Source: Acidobacteriota bacterium (GTDB lineage Bacteria > Acidobacteriota > Thermoanaerobaculia > UBA5066 > Gp7-AA6). From it: a stretch of 57,890 bases of DNA. The stretch lies in NCBI GenBank assembly GCA_046735265.1, contig JBKPSZ010000194.1:1-57890 (forward strand), given 5' to 3'. Under the pieces are notes generated by a model. That model saw only the letters and a list, made by a program, of their open reading frames with translations. It did not search any database and was not told the DNA's origin. Below, piece by piece: positions 18,686-27,171 of this stretch. Position numbers and translations under genes: made by a program. How positions within the stretch are numbered: position 1 is the stretch's first letter; each line of letters begins with the position of its first letter.

Positions 18686-20095
18686 ATGCTTCTCGCGCTG
18701 TCGATCTCGCTCCTCGCCCTGCCGGCTCCGGCGCCTCCGGCGAAGGCGCCGGAATTCTTCGCGGCGCACCGTGAGAAGTTGATCGCGAAGCTGCCGCCCG
18801 GATCGATCGCGGTCTTCCACGCCGCTCCCGAGGCGTCGGGCGCGCGCACCGACGCGTACCGACAGAACTCGGACTTCTGGTACCTCACCGGGCTCGACGA
18901 GCCGGATGCCGTCGCGGTCCTGGCGCCGGGCGCGGGAGCGCCGGGTCGGTACCTCCTCTTCGTGCGGCCGAAGGATTTCGCGGCCGAGCAGTGGGGAGGA
19001 TGGCGCGCGGGACCGGAAGGCGCGAAGAAAGACTACGGCGCCGGCGAGTCCTATCCGATCGGCGACTTCTGGACGCGGTTCGCCCCTCTCGCGGCCGAGG
19101 CGACGGCGCTCTACTACGAGAGCGGCGGCGACGAGGGGTTCGGCCGCCGACTGCTGGAGTCCTGGAATTCGACCAACGCGAACGCGGCCTCGGCGCGTCC
19201 GGCCTCGGACATCTCGCCGCTCACCGCCGAGCTGCGGCTCGTCAAGGACGCCGCCGAGGTCGAGCGGCTCCGCGCCGCGGCTTCGATCTCGGCCGAAGCG
19301 CACCGCGCCGCGATGCGCGAAGTCGCGCCCGGCCGCGGCGAGTGGAACCTGAAAGCCGCGATGGTCGGAGTCTGCCTCTCGGGCGGCGCGGCGCGCATGG
19401 CCTACGCGCCGATCGTCGGCTCGGGGCGCAATTCCGTTCTCCTCCACTACGAGAAGGACGACGAGACGCTCGAAGACGGCGAGATGATCGTCAACGACAC
19501 GGCTTGCGAGTACGGTATGTACGCGGCCGACGTCACGCGGAGCTACCCCGTCTCCGGCCGCTTCTCCGAGGACCAGCGCAAGATCTACGACCTCGTGCTC
19601 GCCGCCCAGAAGGCGGGGTTCGCGGCGGTACGTCCGGGAGCGGCCTTCCACGAAGTCCACGACGCGACCGTCCGCGTGATCACCGACGGGCTCCTCGCGC
19701 TCGGCATCCTTTCGGGAGACCGGGAAGAGATCCTTCGCACGCGCGCCTACCAGAAGTTCTACCCGCACGGCTCGAGCCACTGGATCGGGCTCGACGTCCA
19801 CGACGCCGGCAGCTACGGCTATCCGCAGGGTGTGGCGCGCCTCGAGCGCTACGGCAAAGCGCAGACGAAGCTCGAGCCCGGCATGGCGCTGACGGTCGAG
19901 CCGGGGATCTACATTCCGGAGAAGTCCACCTCGGACCCGCGCTGGTGGAACATCGGCGCGCGCATCGAAGACGTCGTGCTGGTGACGGCGGAAGGCATGG
20001 ACTGCCTCTCCTGCGCGGCCCCGCGCGAGGCGGCCGACGTCGAGAAGGCGATCGCCGAGGGGCGCGCCCGCCGCGGCGAGTCGAGGAAGAAGTAG
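18686..20095 (+). CDS. Xaa-Pro aminopeptidase (M24B, aminopeptidase P family) with signal peptide
   Basis: 469 aa, GAAGGAGG RBS. Aminopeptidase P N-terminal domain pattern (YRQNSDFWYLTG). M24 metal-ligand motifs DTACEYGMYAADVTR, HGSSHWIGLDVHD, EPGIY and ARIED. Confidence 0.85.
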   Translation: MLLALSISLLALPAPAPPAKAPEFFAAHREKLIAKLPPGSIAVFHAAPEASGARTDAYRQNSDFWYLTGLDEPDAVAVLAPGAGAPGRYLLFVRPKDFAAEQWGGWRAGPEGAKKDYGAGESYPIGDFWTRFAPLAAEATALYYESGGDEGFGRRLLESWNSTNANAASARPASDISPLTAELRLVKDAAEVERLRAAASISAEAHRAAMREVAPGRGEWNLKAAMVGVCLSGGAARMAYAPIVGSGRNSVLLHYEKDDETLEDGEMIVNDTACEYGMYAADVTRSYPVSGRFSEDQRKIYDLVLAAQKAGFAAVRPGAAFHEVHDATVRVITDGLLALGILSGDREEILRTRAYQKFYPHGSSHWIGLDVHDAGSYGYPQGVARLERYGKAQTKLEPGMALTVEPGIYIPEKSTSDPRWWNIGARIEDVVLVTAEGMDCLSCAAPREAADVEKAIAEGRARRGESRKK

Positions 20096-20183
20096 AGAGC
20101 CGACCGCGGCTGTCCGTCTTGCCGCGCGCCGGGGCGAGGCGAGCGAACCGGGTATGCTCGCCGTCACTCGCGAGGAGGACTTC

Positions 20184-21932
20184 ATGACGCTCGCCCGATC
20201 GGGGCCGGTTTTCGTCCTGGTCGTCGTCGCCGCCATGGCTCTCGCCGGAGCCGCTTCGGTCTCTCCTGCGCGAACTCGATTCACGGTTCGCTACGGCGCC
20301 GACAAGAGCCGGGAGCCGCTCGACGGGCGGCTGCTCCTCCTTCTCTCGACCGACAAATCCGAGGAGCCGCGATTTGGCGTGAGCGACACGAGCCTGAACA
20401 GCCAGCAGGTCTTCGGCATCGAGGTCGCCGGCTGGAAGGCGGGCGATGCGGCGGAGTTTCCCGCGGACGTTCTCGGGTATCCGACCGAGAGCCTCGAGGC
20501 GATCCCCGCCGGGACCTATCAGGTGCAGGCGCTCCTCCACCGCTACGAGACGTTCCGTCTCGCCGACGGCCGGGTCTTGAAGCTCCCGCCGGACCGCGGC
20601 GAGGGGCAGCAGTGGAGCCGTGCGCCCGGCAATCTCTACTCGACCCCGCGCGAGATCCGCATCGATCCGAAGAAGGCGGAGACGATCGCGATCGACCTCG
20701 ACAACGTCATTCCGCCGATCCCCGATCCCCCGACGACGAAGTACGTCAAGCACGAGCGGATCAAGAGCGAGCGCCTCTCGAAGTTCTGGGGCCGCGACGT
20801 CTACCTCGGCGCGCACGTCCTCCTGCCCGAAGGGTTCGACAGCCATCCGGAGGCCCGCTATCCGCTCGTCATCAACCACGGCCACTTTCCCGACACGATC
20901 GGAGGATTCCGGGAGGAGCCCCCCGACCCGAACCTGAAGCCCGACTACTCGGATCGATTCCACATTTCCGGGTACAACCGGATCCAGCAGCAGCTCGGCT
21001 ACCAGCTCTACAAGGACTGGACGTCGCCCGGATACCCGCGCTACCTCGTCGTCGAGATCCAACACGCCAACCCGTACTACGACGACTCCTATGCCGTGAA
21101 CTCGGCGAACATCGGGCCGTACGGCGACGCGATCACGTACGAGCTCGTCCCGTACCTCGAGAAGAAGTACCGGGCCCTGGGCGGCGGCTGGGCGCGCTTC
21201 CTCTACGGCGGATCGACTGGCGGCTGGTCCGCGCTCGGAGCGCAGGTCCTCTATCCCGAGGAGTACAACGGGGCGTGGGCGGCCTGCCCCGATCCGATCG
21301 ACTTCCGCGCGTTCGGCGTCGTCAACATCTACGAAGACGAGAACGCGTACCTCTGGAAAGGGCCCTGGAAGACCGTCGCGACGCCGGGTCACCGCGACTA
21401 CCTCGGCCACATTCAGTCGACCGTCGAGCAGATGAACCGGATGGAGCTCGTGCTCGGACCCCGGACCCGCTCCGGCGGTCAGTACGACGTCTGGCAGGCC
21501 GTCTACTCCCCCGCCGGCCCGGACGGCTATCCGCGGCCGATCTGGGACAAGCGCACCGGCGTGATCGACAAGGAAACCGCCGCCTACTGGCGCGAGCACT
21601 ACGACCTCGTGCACATCCTGAAGCGCGACTGGGGCCAGGGTCTCGGAACGAAGCTCGAGGGGAAGATCCACCTCTACGTCGGCGAGGCCGACAACTACTA
21701 CTTGAACAACGCCGTGTACCTCGCCGAAGAGTTCCTGAAGACGACGAAGGACCCGGCCTACGGCGGCGAGGTGGACTACGAGCCGCGCGCGGAACACTGC
21801 TGGAACGGCGACCACACGCGGCCCAACTACGAGTCGCGCCTCCGGTACCACCAGATGTTCGCGCCGAAGATCGTCGAGAGGATCACGAAGTCGGCGCCGT
21901 CCGGCGCGGACCTCACGAGCTGGAGGTACTAG
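20184..21932 (+). CDS. secreted esterase-like alpha/beta-hydrolase-fold protein (family uncertain)
   Basis: ATG 20184 (GAGGAGGA RBS) within ORF 20154..21932. Signal peptide present. YGGSTGGWSALGAQVLYPEEYNGAWAACPDPIDF resembles the putative esterase / esterase-D nucleophile elbow. Confidence 0.55.
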   Translation: MTLARSGPVFVLVVVAAMALAGAASVSPARTRFTVRYGADKSREPLDGRLLLLLSTDKSEEPRFGVSDTSLNSQQVFGIEVAGWKAGDAAEFPADVLGYPTESLEAIPAGTYQVQALLHRYETFRLADGRVLKLPPDRGEGQQWSRAPGNLYSTPREIRIDPKKAETIAIDLDNVIPPIPDPPTTKYVKHERIKSERLSKFWGRDVYLGAHVLLPEGFDSHPEARYPLVINHGHFPDTIGGFREEPPDPNLKPDYSDRFHISGYNRIQQQLGYQLYKDWTSPGYPRYLVVEIQHANPYYDDSYAVNSANIGPYGDAITYELVPYLEKKYRALGGGWARFLYGGSTGGWSALGAQVLYPEEYNGAWAACPDPIDFRAFGVVNIYEDENAYLWKGPWKTVATPGHRDYLGHIQSTVEQMNRMELVLGPRTRSGGQYDVWQAVYSPAGPDGYPRPIWDKRTGVIDKETAAYWREHYDLVHILKRDWGQGLGTKLEGKIHLYVGEADNYYLNNAVYLAEEFLKTTKDPAYGGEVDYEPRAEHCWNGDHTRPNYESRLRYHQMFAPKIVERITKSAPSGADLTSWRY

Positions 21933-21943
21933 GACCGAATTTC

Positions 21944-21959
21944 TGGCACGTCTCCTGCT
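21944..21959 (+). promoter_or_regulatory. sigma-54 (-24/-12)-like promoter candidate upstream of the lipoprotein gene
   Basis: TGGCACGtctcCTGCT compared with consensus TGGCACG-N4-TTGCW. The GG and GC elements are correctly spaced and the site lies 23 nt before ATG 21982. It overlaps hairpin CTCCTGC-N8-GCAGGAG (21952-21973). Chance matches are plausible in GC-rich DNA. Confidence 0.35.
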
Positions 21960-21981
21960 TTCTCATGCAGGAGGGTTCGAC

Positions 21982-22425
21982 ATGAACCGCACGCGCTGGA
22001 TTTCTTTCTGGGCGTTGCCGCTCTTCATCCTCGCCGCGGGCTGCCGGAAGGCCGAGACGCCCGTGGTCGAATCGAAGAGCGAGACGAAGGCCACGGATGC
22101 CGACGGCACCCGGGTCACCACCTCCACGGAAGAGAAGCAGGTCGGCTCGACGGTCGAAGCCACGACCGAAACGAGCACCTCCGGAAAGGGAGGCGGAAAG
22201 ACCGAGAGCGAGACGATTGTCGGAACCGTCACCGCCTTCGAACCGGGCCGCAAGATCACGATCCTGACCGGAGACGGAAAAAAGCACGACTACGATCTCT
22301 CCGAGAAGGACACGAGCGCCGACGTGAGCAGCCGCGTCGCGGTCGGAAGCAAGGTGCGACTCGACTCGACGAAGGAGACGACCGGGCACCGCTCGATCCG
22401 GGTCGATATCGCGTCGGCCCGCTGA
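21982..22425 (+). CDS. hypothetical lipoprotein (Thr/Ser/Glu-rich linker plus small C-terminal domain)
   Basis: 147 aa. Lipobox FILAAGC; RBS AGGAGGG. Confidence 0.6.
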   Translation: MNRTRWISFWALPLFILAAGCRKAETPVVESKSETKATDADGTRVTTSTEEKQVGSTVEATTETSTSGKGGGKTESETIVGTVTAFEPGRKITILTGDGKKHDYDLSEKDTSADVSSRVAVGSKVRLDSTKETTGHRSIRVDIASAR

Positions 22426-22465
22426 CGGAGAACTTCCGCCGCGTCCCGATGAGACGCCGCCCGGT

Positions 22466-24289
22466 CTAGAAACCGGGCGGACGCTTGTCCGCCACCCCGA
22501 AAGCGCGCTCGAGCGCCAGCCCCGCTCGCCCGATCGTCCCCTCATCGAAGAGCCGGCCGACGAGGGTCACCCCGTGCGGCACGCGCCGCGGGGGCGAGAG
22601 CGCCGGCATCGGATGGGCGGGGTCGGGTGCCCAGTCGCTGCGCGCCTGGCCGATCTCGACGAACCCGGCGGGGAGAGTCAGCCCCGGATGCCCGGTGAAG
22701 TTCGCGACCGTCAAGATCTCGTCGCGCAGGGCGGGGACGAGCAGGAGGTCGACCTTCTCGAAGATCCGCGCCATCTCGAGCGCGACCTTGCGCCGCATCC
22801 GATCGGCCTGGACGTAATCGACCGCCGACAGGAATCGCGACTGCCGGAACGTGTTCGGCCAGGCGTCGGGGACCTGAGCCTTGAGCTTCGCGAGGCCTCC
22901 CGACAGCGTCAGCTCCTCGAAGGACGCCTCCGCCTCCGCGAAGAGGATGGTGTTCATCGAGCCGTAGGGCCAGTCGGGAAGGCTCACTTCGACCGGAGTC
23001 ATGCCGAGCCGCCGTGCCGTCTCGAGGGCGGAGCGGTCCACCTCGGTCGCCGGGCTCTCGTTCATCCACGAGGGGAAGTAGCCGACGCGAAGCCCCGCGA
23101 CGGAGGCGCTCGCGTCGAAGTCGAGACGGCATGGCACGCTCGAGAGATCGCCCGCGTCCGGGCCGGAGATGGAGGCGAGGACGAGGTAGGTGTCCTCGAC
23201 GCCGCGGGCCATCGGACCGAGCTTGTCCATCGACCACGAGAGCGTCATGGCGCCGGTGCGCGGCACCCGTCCGAACGTGGGCCGCAGGCCGGTCACGCCG
23301 CAGCGCATCGACGGATCGACGATCGAGCCTTCGGTCTCGCTCCCGATGGAGAAGCCGACGAGCGCCGCGGCGGTCGCGGAGCCCGGACCCGCGCTGCTCC
23401 CCCCGGATCCTTCCTCGAGCACCCACGGGTTCATCGTCTGCCCGCCGAACCAGATGTCGTTCAGCGCGAGAGCGCCCAGGGACAGCTTCGCGACGAGGAC
23501 GGCGCCGGCCTCGTGGAGCCGGGCGACGACCGCCGCGTCCGCGTCGGGGACGCGGTCCCGGTACGGCTCCGCGCCCCAGGTCGTCGCGATCCCCTTCGTG
23601 TCGAGCAGGTCCTTCGTGCCCCACGGGATGCCGTGGAGCGGCCCGCGGTATTTGCCGGCCGCGATCTCGGCGTCGGCGCGTCGCGCCTGCGCGAGGGCGA
23701 GGTCGCGCGTGACGGTAATCACGCAGCGGAGCTTCGGGTCGAAGCGCGAGATGCGGTCGAGATAGATGCCGGTCAAGCGCTCGGAGCTCAAGGCGCGCGA
23801 TTCGATCCAGCGCGAGAGCCTCGCGACGGGGGCGTACGCGATGTCCTCGTCCCGCCGGGGCAGCGGCGGCGGGGCGCCGGCGGTCCGGACGAAGCGGTCG
23901 CGAGACGGCCGCGAGTCCGCGACTCCCGGGATCATCGGATCCCATCGCGACGCCGGCGCGACCGAGTCCTCGATTCGGACTTTCCGAGGCCCGGTCCGGC
24001 GCTCCATCGTCTGCGCCATCGCCTTGCGCCAGTTGCCGGCGGCCTGCGACCGCTCGGCGGGTGTCATTTCGAAGCGCACGAGCTTCTCCGCCTCGGCGAA
24101 GGTCTCGACGGTCACCTCGGGACCGACCGCCGGAGCGGTTCCGAACGCGGGAGGCGTGCCCGCGACGGGCGTCGGTGCGGGAGAGGGGGCGGATGCCGTT
24201 TGCGACGGGCCGAGGACCGGTCTCGCTGCCGCGGCGCCCACGACGCCGGCGGCGGTACCCACGAGGAACTTCCGTCGGGAATGCCGCAT
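22466..24289 (-). CDS. amidase (amidase-signature family) with twin-arginine signal peptide
   Basis: ATG 24289 (GGAGGAA RBS) within ORF 22466..24382. Tat motif MRHSRRKFLVGTAAGVVGAAAA. The AS-family Gly/Ser-rich core GGSSAGPGSATAA is present. Confidence 0.85.
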   Translation of the reverse strand: MRHSRRKFLVGTAAGVVGAAAARPVLGPSQTASAPSPAPTPVAGTPPAFGTAPAVGPEVTVETFAEAEKLVRFEMTPAERSQAAGNWRKAMAQTMERRTGPRKVRIEDSVAPASRWDPMIPGVADSRPSRDRFVRTAGAPPPLPRRDEDIAYAPVARLSRWIESRALSSERLTGIYLDRISRFDPKLRCVITVTRDLALAQARRADAEIAAGKYRGPLHGIPWGTKDLLDTKGIATTWGAEPYRDRVPDADAAVVARLHEAGAVLVAKLSLGALALNDIWFGGQTMNPWVLEEGSGGSSAGPGSATAAALVGFSIGSETEGSIVDPSMRCGVTGLRPTFGRVPRTGAMTLSWSMDKLGPMARGVEDTYLVLASISGPDAGDLSSVPCRLDFDASASVAGLRVGYFPSWMNESPATEVDRSALETARRLGMTPVEVSLPDWPYGSMNTILFAEAEASFEELTLSGGLAKLKAQVPDAWPNTFRQSRFLSAVDYVQADRMRRKVALEMARIFEKVDLLLVPALRDEILTVANFTGHPGLTLPAGFVEIGQARSDWAPDPAHPMPALSPPRRVPHGVTLVGRLFDEGTIGRAGLALERAFGVADKRPPGF

Positions 24290-24385
24290 GGGGGTTCCTC
24301 CTGACGCGGATCCTAATCCGTCGCGATTGCTTGCTCGACGCCGGGCGGAGCACGACGAAACGTCGGGTACAGGCGAGCGCATCGG

Positions 24386-25150
24386 TCAGGGACCTTCCCA
24401 GAAGCCGACGACCCTCGCGATTCTGCCGTCGGCGGCGAAGTCGAAGACGTTCGATCCCCGGCCGAGCGACTCGCCGCCCTCCCGCTTGGCGATCCAGTCG
24501 GCGGCCGCGGTCGCATGGGAGAGACGCACGTCCCCCTCGCGGGCGAGCGAAACGCGGGGGAGGAACGTCTGCACGGCCTCGAGGTGCGCGAGCAGATCCT
24601 CGAGGCCCTCCGTCGCGCTATAGGCGTCCCGGAAGACGACGTCCGGGCGCGCGCAGACTTGGAGAAGCTCCCGGCGCTTGCCGGCGTCCGGATTTCCCCA
24701 CGCCGAGAGCCAGGCGTCCACGCGCTCGATCGCCTCGGGCCGTCCCTCTTCGGAGACCGCCTTCGAGAAGAGCGCCAGCTGATAGCGCCACCCCTGCACG
24801 TGGGCGTCTCGGATCTTCGCGCTCGAGAAGGCGTGGCGCAGATGGAGCCGAGTTCCGGACTTCGTCTCCTCGAGCGTGATCGTGACGAGGGATCCGTCCG
24901 CCGGAATTCCGGTGTCGTAGCGGTAGGTGAAGACGATCCGGCGCGGCGGTTCGATCTCGAGGATCTCGCCGCGGACGCCGTTGCCTCCCGGCATCACGAT
25001 TCGGACCTCGCCTCCGACGCGTCCGTCGATCGAGGACCCCGCTCCCCACCAGCGCGCGAAGCGCGGCGAATCAGTGAAGTATCGGAAGACGGTTTCGGGC
25101 CGCGCGCGGATCTCGATCGAACGCTCCAGGGCCTCGGGGAATTCCGGCAT
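24386..25150 (-). CDS. SRPBCC (Aha1/START-like) domain protein fused to an NTF2/SnoaL-like domain
   Basis: 254 aa. The N-terminus LERSIEIRARPETVFRYFTDSPRFARWWG...GEILEIEPPRRIVFTYRY is typical of AHSA1-type SRPBCC proteins. The C-terminal ~110 aa look NTF2-like. It lies 13 nt downstream of the ArsR gene on the same strand. Confidence 0.7.
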   Translation of the reverse strand: MPEFPEALERSIEIRARPETVFRYFTDSPRFARWWGAGSSIDGRVGGEVRIVMPGGNGVRGEILEIEPPRRIVFTYRYDTGIPADGSLVTITLEETKSGTRLHLRHAFSSAKIRDAHVQGWRYQLALFSKAVSEEGRPEAIERVDAWLSAWGNPDAGKRRELLQVCARPDVVFRDAYSATEGLEDLLAHLEAVQTFLPRVSLAREGDVRLSHATAAADWIAKREGGESLGRGSNVFDFAADGRIARVVGFWEGP

Positions 25151-25163
25151 GGCGATCTCCTTC

Positions 25164-25511
25164 CTACCGGCGGCGCGCGGCGCGGCTCCGGCGCGGCCTC
25201 TTTCGCGATTCGGACTCTTCCGTCTCGGCCAGAGTTTTGAGCCCCGCGAGCGCCTCGTCCCACGTCGTTTCGAGCCACCGGCCGAGAAGCCCCATCTCCC
25301 GGCGTCGGGCGGCGTAGTAGCGAAACCGCCCCTTCTCGCGGCGCGCGACGAGCCCGGCGGCCTCGAGCACGGCGAGGTGCTGCGACACGGCGCCGAACGT
25401 CACCTCGGGCAGGGCGCGATGGATCTCTCCCGCAGCCAGCTCCCGGTCCCAGACGAGCCGGAGGATCTCGCGCCGGCGCGGCGCGGCGAGAGCGTCGAAG
25501 ACGGCGGCCAC
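25164..25511 (-). CDS. ArsR/SmtB-family transcriptional regulator
   Basis: HTH region FDALAAPRRREILRLVWDRELAAGEIHRALPEVTFGAVSQHLAVLEAAGLVARREKGRFRYY. The track start (TTG 25547) reads through an AT-rich promoter-like segment. I prefer GTG 25511 (or 25520), which would give a leaderless or nearly leaderless mRNA. Confidence 0.75.
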   Translation of the reverse strand: MAAVFDALAAPRRREILRLVWDRELAAGEIHRALPEVTFGAVSQHLAVLEAAGLVARREKGRFRYYAARRREMGLLGRWLETTWDEALAGLKTLAETEESESRKRPRRSRAARRR

Positions 25512-25518
25512 GGCAATC

Positions 25519-25547
25519 ACTTTAGTGATCACTAAAATGATTGTCAA
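25519..25547 (-). promoter_or_regulatory. sigma-70-like promoter of the ArsR gene overlapped by a perfect 16-bp palindrome (operator candidate)
   Basis: On the minus strand, TTGACA (25547-25542), a 17-nt spacer, then TAAAGT (25524-25519). The perfect palindrome TTTAGTGATCACTAAA (25521-25536) covers the spacer and -10. The predicted TSS coincides with GTG 25511. Confidence 0.55.
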
Positions 25548-25561
25548 GTATCGTCCTCTTC

Positions 25562-26515
25562 GTGGAACGGCGGCGCCTCGGACGGTCGGATCGGTCGGTC
25601 TTTCCCGTCGGACTGGGCTGCATGTCGTTCTCCGCCGGATATCGGGATCCGTCCGTCGGAGAGGCGGCGTCGATCGACGTGATCCGGCATGCGGTGGACC
25701 TGGGCGTCGATCACTTCGACACCGCCGACGTCTACGGGCCGTTCACCAACGAGCGACTTGTCGGGAAGGCACTGGAGGGAAGTCGCGACCGGGTGATCCT
25801 CGCGACCAAGGTCGGCTTGGTCCGCGACGACGAGAGCTATCACTACCGCCGCGACGGGACACCCGCGCACATCCGCGCGGCCGCCGACGCCTCGCTCCGC
25901 CGTCTCGGCGTCGAAGTCATCGACCTCTATTACCTTCACCGCATCGACGCGAACGTTCCCCTCGAGGAGACCTGGGGCGGGATGGCGAAGCTCGTCGCCT
26001 CGGGCAAGGTCCGATTCCTCGGCATCTCCGAGGCGTCCGTCGCCGACCTCGACCGGATCGCGCGCATTCATCCGGTCACGGCGGTCCAGTCGGAGCTCTC
26101 GCTCTGGACGCGCGACTACCTCGAAGACGTCGTGCCCTGGTGCGCCGCGAACGGCGCCTCGTTCGTCTCGTTCGCGCCGCTCGGCCGGGGATTCCTGACC
26201 GGTGCGATTCCGTCGTCGACGCGGTTCGGCCCGGAAGACTTCCGCTCGACGCTCCCCCGCTTCCGCCCCGAATCTCTCGCCGAGAACCAGCGCATCGTGG
26301 ACTCGGTGCGCGCCGTTGCAGCCCGGCGCGGCGTCACGCCGGCGCAGATCGCGCTCGCATGGGTTCTCGCGCAGGGGAACCACCTCTTCGCGATCCCCGG
26401 CACGCAGCGCCGGTCGTACCTCGAGCAGAACGTCGCGGCGGCATCGGTCGAGCTGGACGCCGCGGACCTGACGGAGCTCGCCGCGATCCCCGCGCCGGTG
26501 GGAGGCAGATATTAG
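25562..26515 (+). CDS. aldo/keto reductase (AKR11/Tas-like oxidoreductase)
   Basis: ERRRLGRSDRSVFPVGLGCMSFS, FDTADVYGP, IDLYYLHRID and a C-terminal IPGT. Start set to GTG 25562 (VERRRLG), the usual AKR N-terminus. The track start TTG 25541 is possible. Confidence 0.85.
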   Translation: MERRRLGRSDRSVFPVGLGCMSFSAGYRDPSVGEAASIDVIRHAVDLGVDHFDTADVYGPFTNERLVGKALEGSRDRVILATKVGLVRDDESYHYRRDGTPAHIRAAADASLRRLGVEVIDLYYLHRIDANVPLEETWGGMAKLVASGKVRFLGISEASVADLDRIARIHPVTAVQSELSLWTRDYLEDVVPWCAANGASFVSFAPLGRGFLTGAIPSSTRFGPEDFRSTLPRFRPESLAENQRIVDSVRAVAARRGVTPAQIALAWVLAQGNHLFAIPGTQRRSYLEQNVAAASVELDAADLTELAAIPAPVGGRY

Positions 26516-26546
26516 GGAGCGGGATCGCCCACGCGATTCGTCCTGA

Positions 26547-26572
26547 GTCCGCGGGGGCCTGGTCCCGCGGAC
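26547..26572 (+). terminator. GC-rich hairpin downstream of the AKR gene (terminator candidate, no U-tract)
   Basis: GTCCGCGGG-N8-CCCGCGGAC, a 9-bp perfect stem 32 nt after the stop at 26515. Confidence 0.3.
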
Positions 26573-26646
26573 CGGATCACTGATCCCCCGGCTGTCCGCA
26601 TCGCCGCGCGCACGGCGGAGAATCGGGGCGTCGCCGGAGGTGGACC

Positions 26647-27171
26647 ATGCCGACGTCGCCCGTTCTCTTCCTTCTCCTCCTGACGGCTGCGAGCGCGGCC
26701 GCCCCGCCGGCCTCGACGCCCGCTGCCGCAGCGCTCGAGAAGCTGCGCGGGCTCCAAGGACGGTGGTCCGGAACGTACGAGTGGAGCGGCGGCCGCGGAG
26801 GCGGAACGCTGGACGTCGAGTACTCGCTGACGGGACGGGGCTCGGCGGTGATCGAGACGCTGATCCAGGGGGGCGAGCCGACGATGACGAGCGTCTATCA
26901 CTTAGACGGCGCGGATCTCCGGATGACCCATTACTGCGGCGCGCAGAACCAGCCGAGGCTGAAGGCTTCCCGGATCGACGCGGGCCGCGGTGAGATCGAC
27001 TTCGATTTCGTGGACGTCACGAACCTCGCCTCGCCCGACGCCGGCCACGTGCACGGCGCGCAGATCCGAATGCCCGATCCCGATCACCTGACGATCGTCT
27101 TTCACTTCCTCGCCGGAGAGAAGAAGAGCACGGAGCGCATCGAGCTCCGCCGGGCGCCGAAGACCGGCTAG
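26647..27171 (+). CDS. hypothetical secreted protein (small beta-rich domain)
   Basis: 174 aa. Signal peptide MPTSPVLFLLLLTAASAAA; good GC3 bias; family not recognised with confidence. Confidence 0.55.
   Translation: MPTSPVLFLLLLTAASAAAPPASTPAAAALEKLRGLQGRWSGTYEWSGGRGGGTLDVEYSLTGRGSAVIETLIQGGEPTMTSVYHLDGADLRMTHYCGAQNQPRLKASRIDAGRGEIDFDFVDVTNLASPDAGHVHGAQIRMPDPDHLTIVFHFLAGEKKSTERIELRRAPKTG

Noticed and set aside
17909-21851. Long minus-strand ORFs 17909..20284 (791 aa) and 19680..21851 (723 aa)
   Set aside because: They are antisense to the well-supported AsmA, M24B and esterase-like genes. Their translations are low complexity (Arg/Val/Asp/Gly).
25541-25547. Track start codons TTG 25541 (AKR) and TTG 25547 (ArsR)
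   Set aside because: Both read through the AT-rich promoter and palindrome segment with atypical codons. TTG 25547 is itself the first half of the TTGACA -35 hexamer. Downstream GTG starts give canonical protein N-termini.
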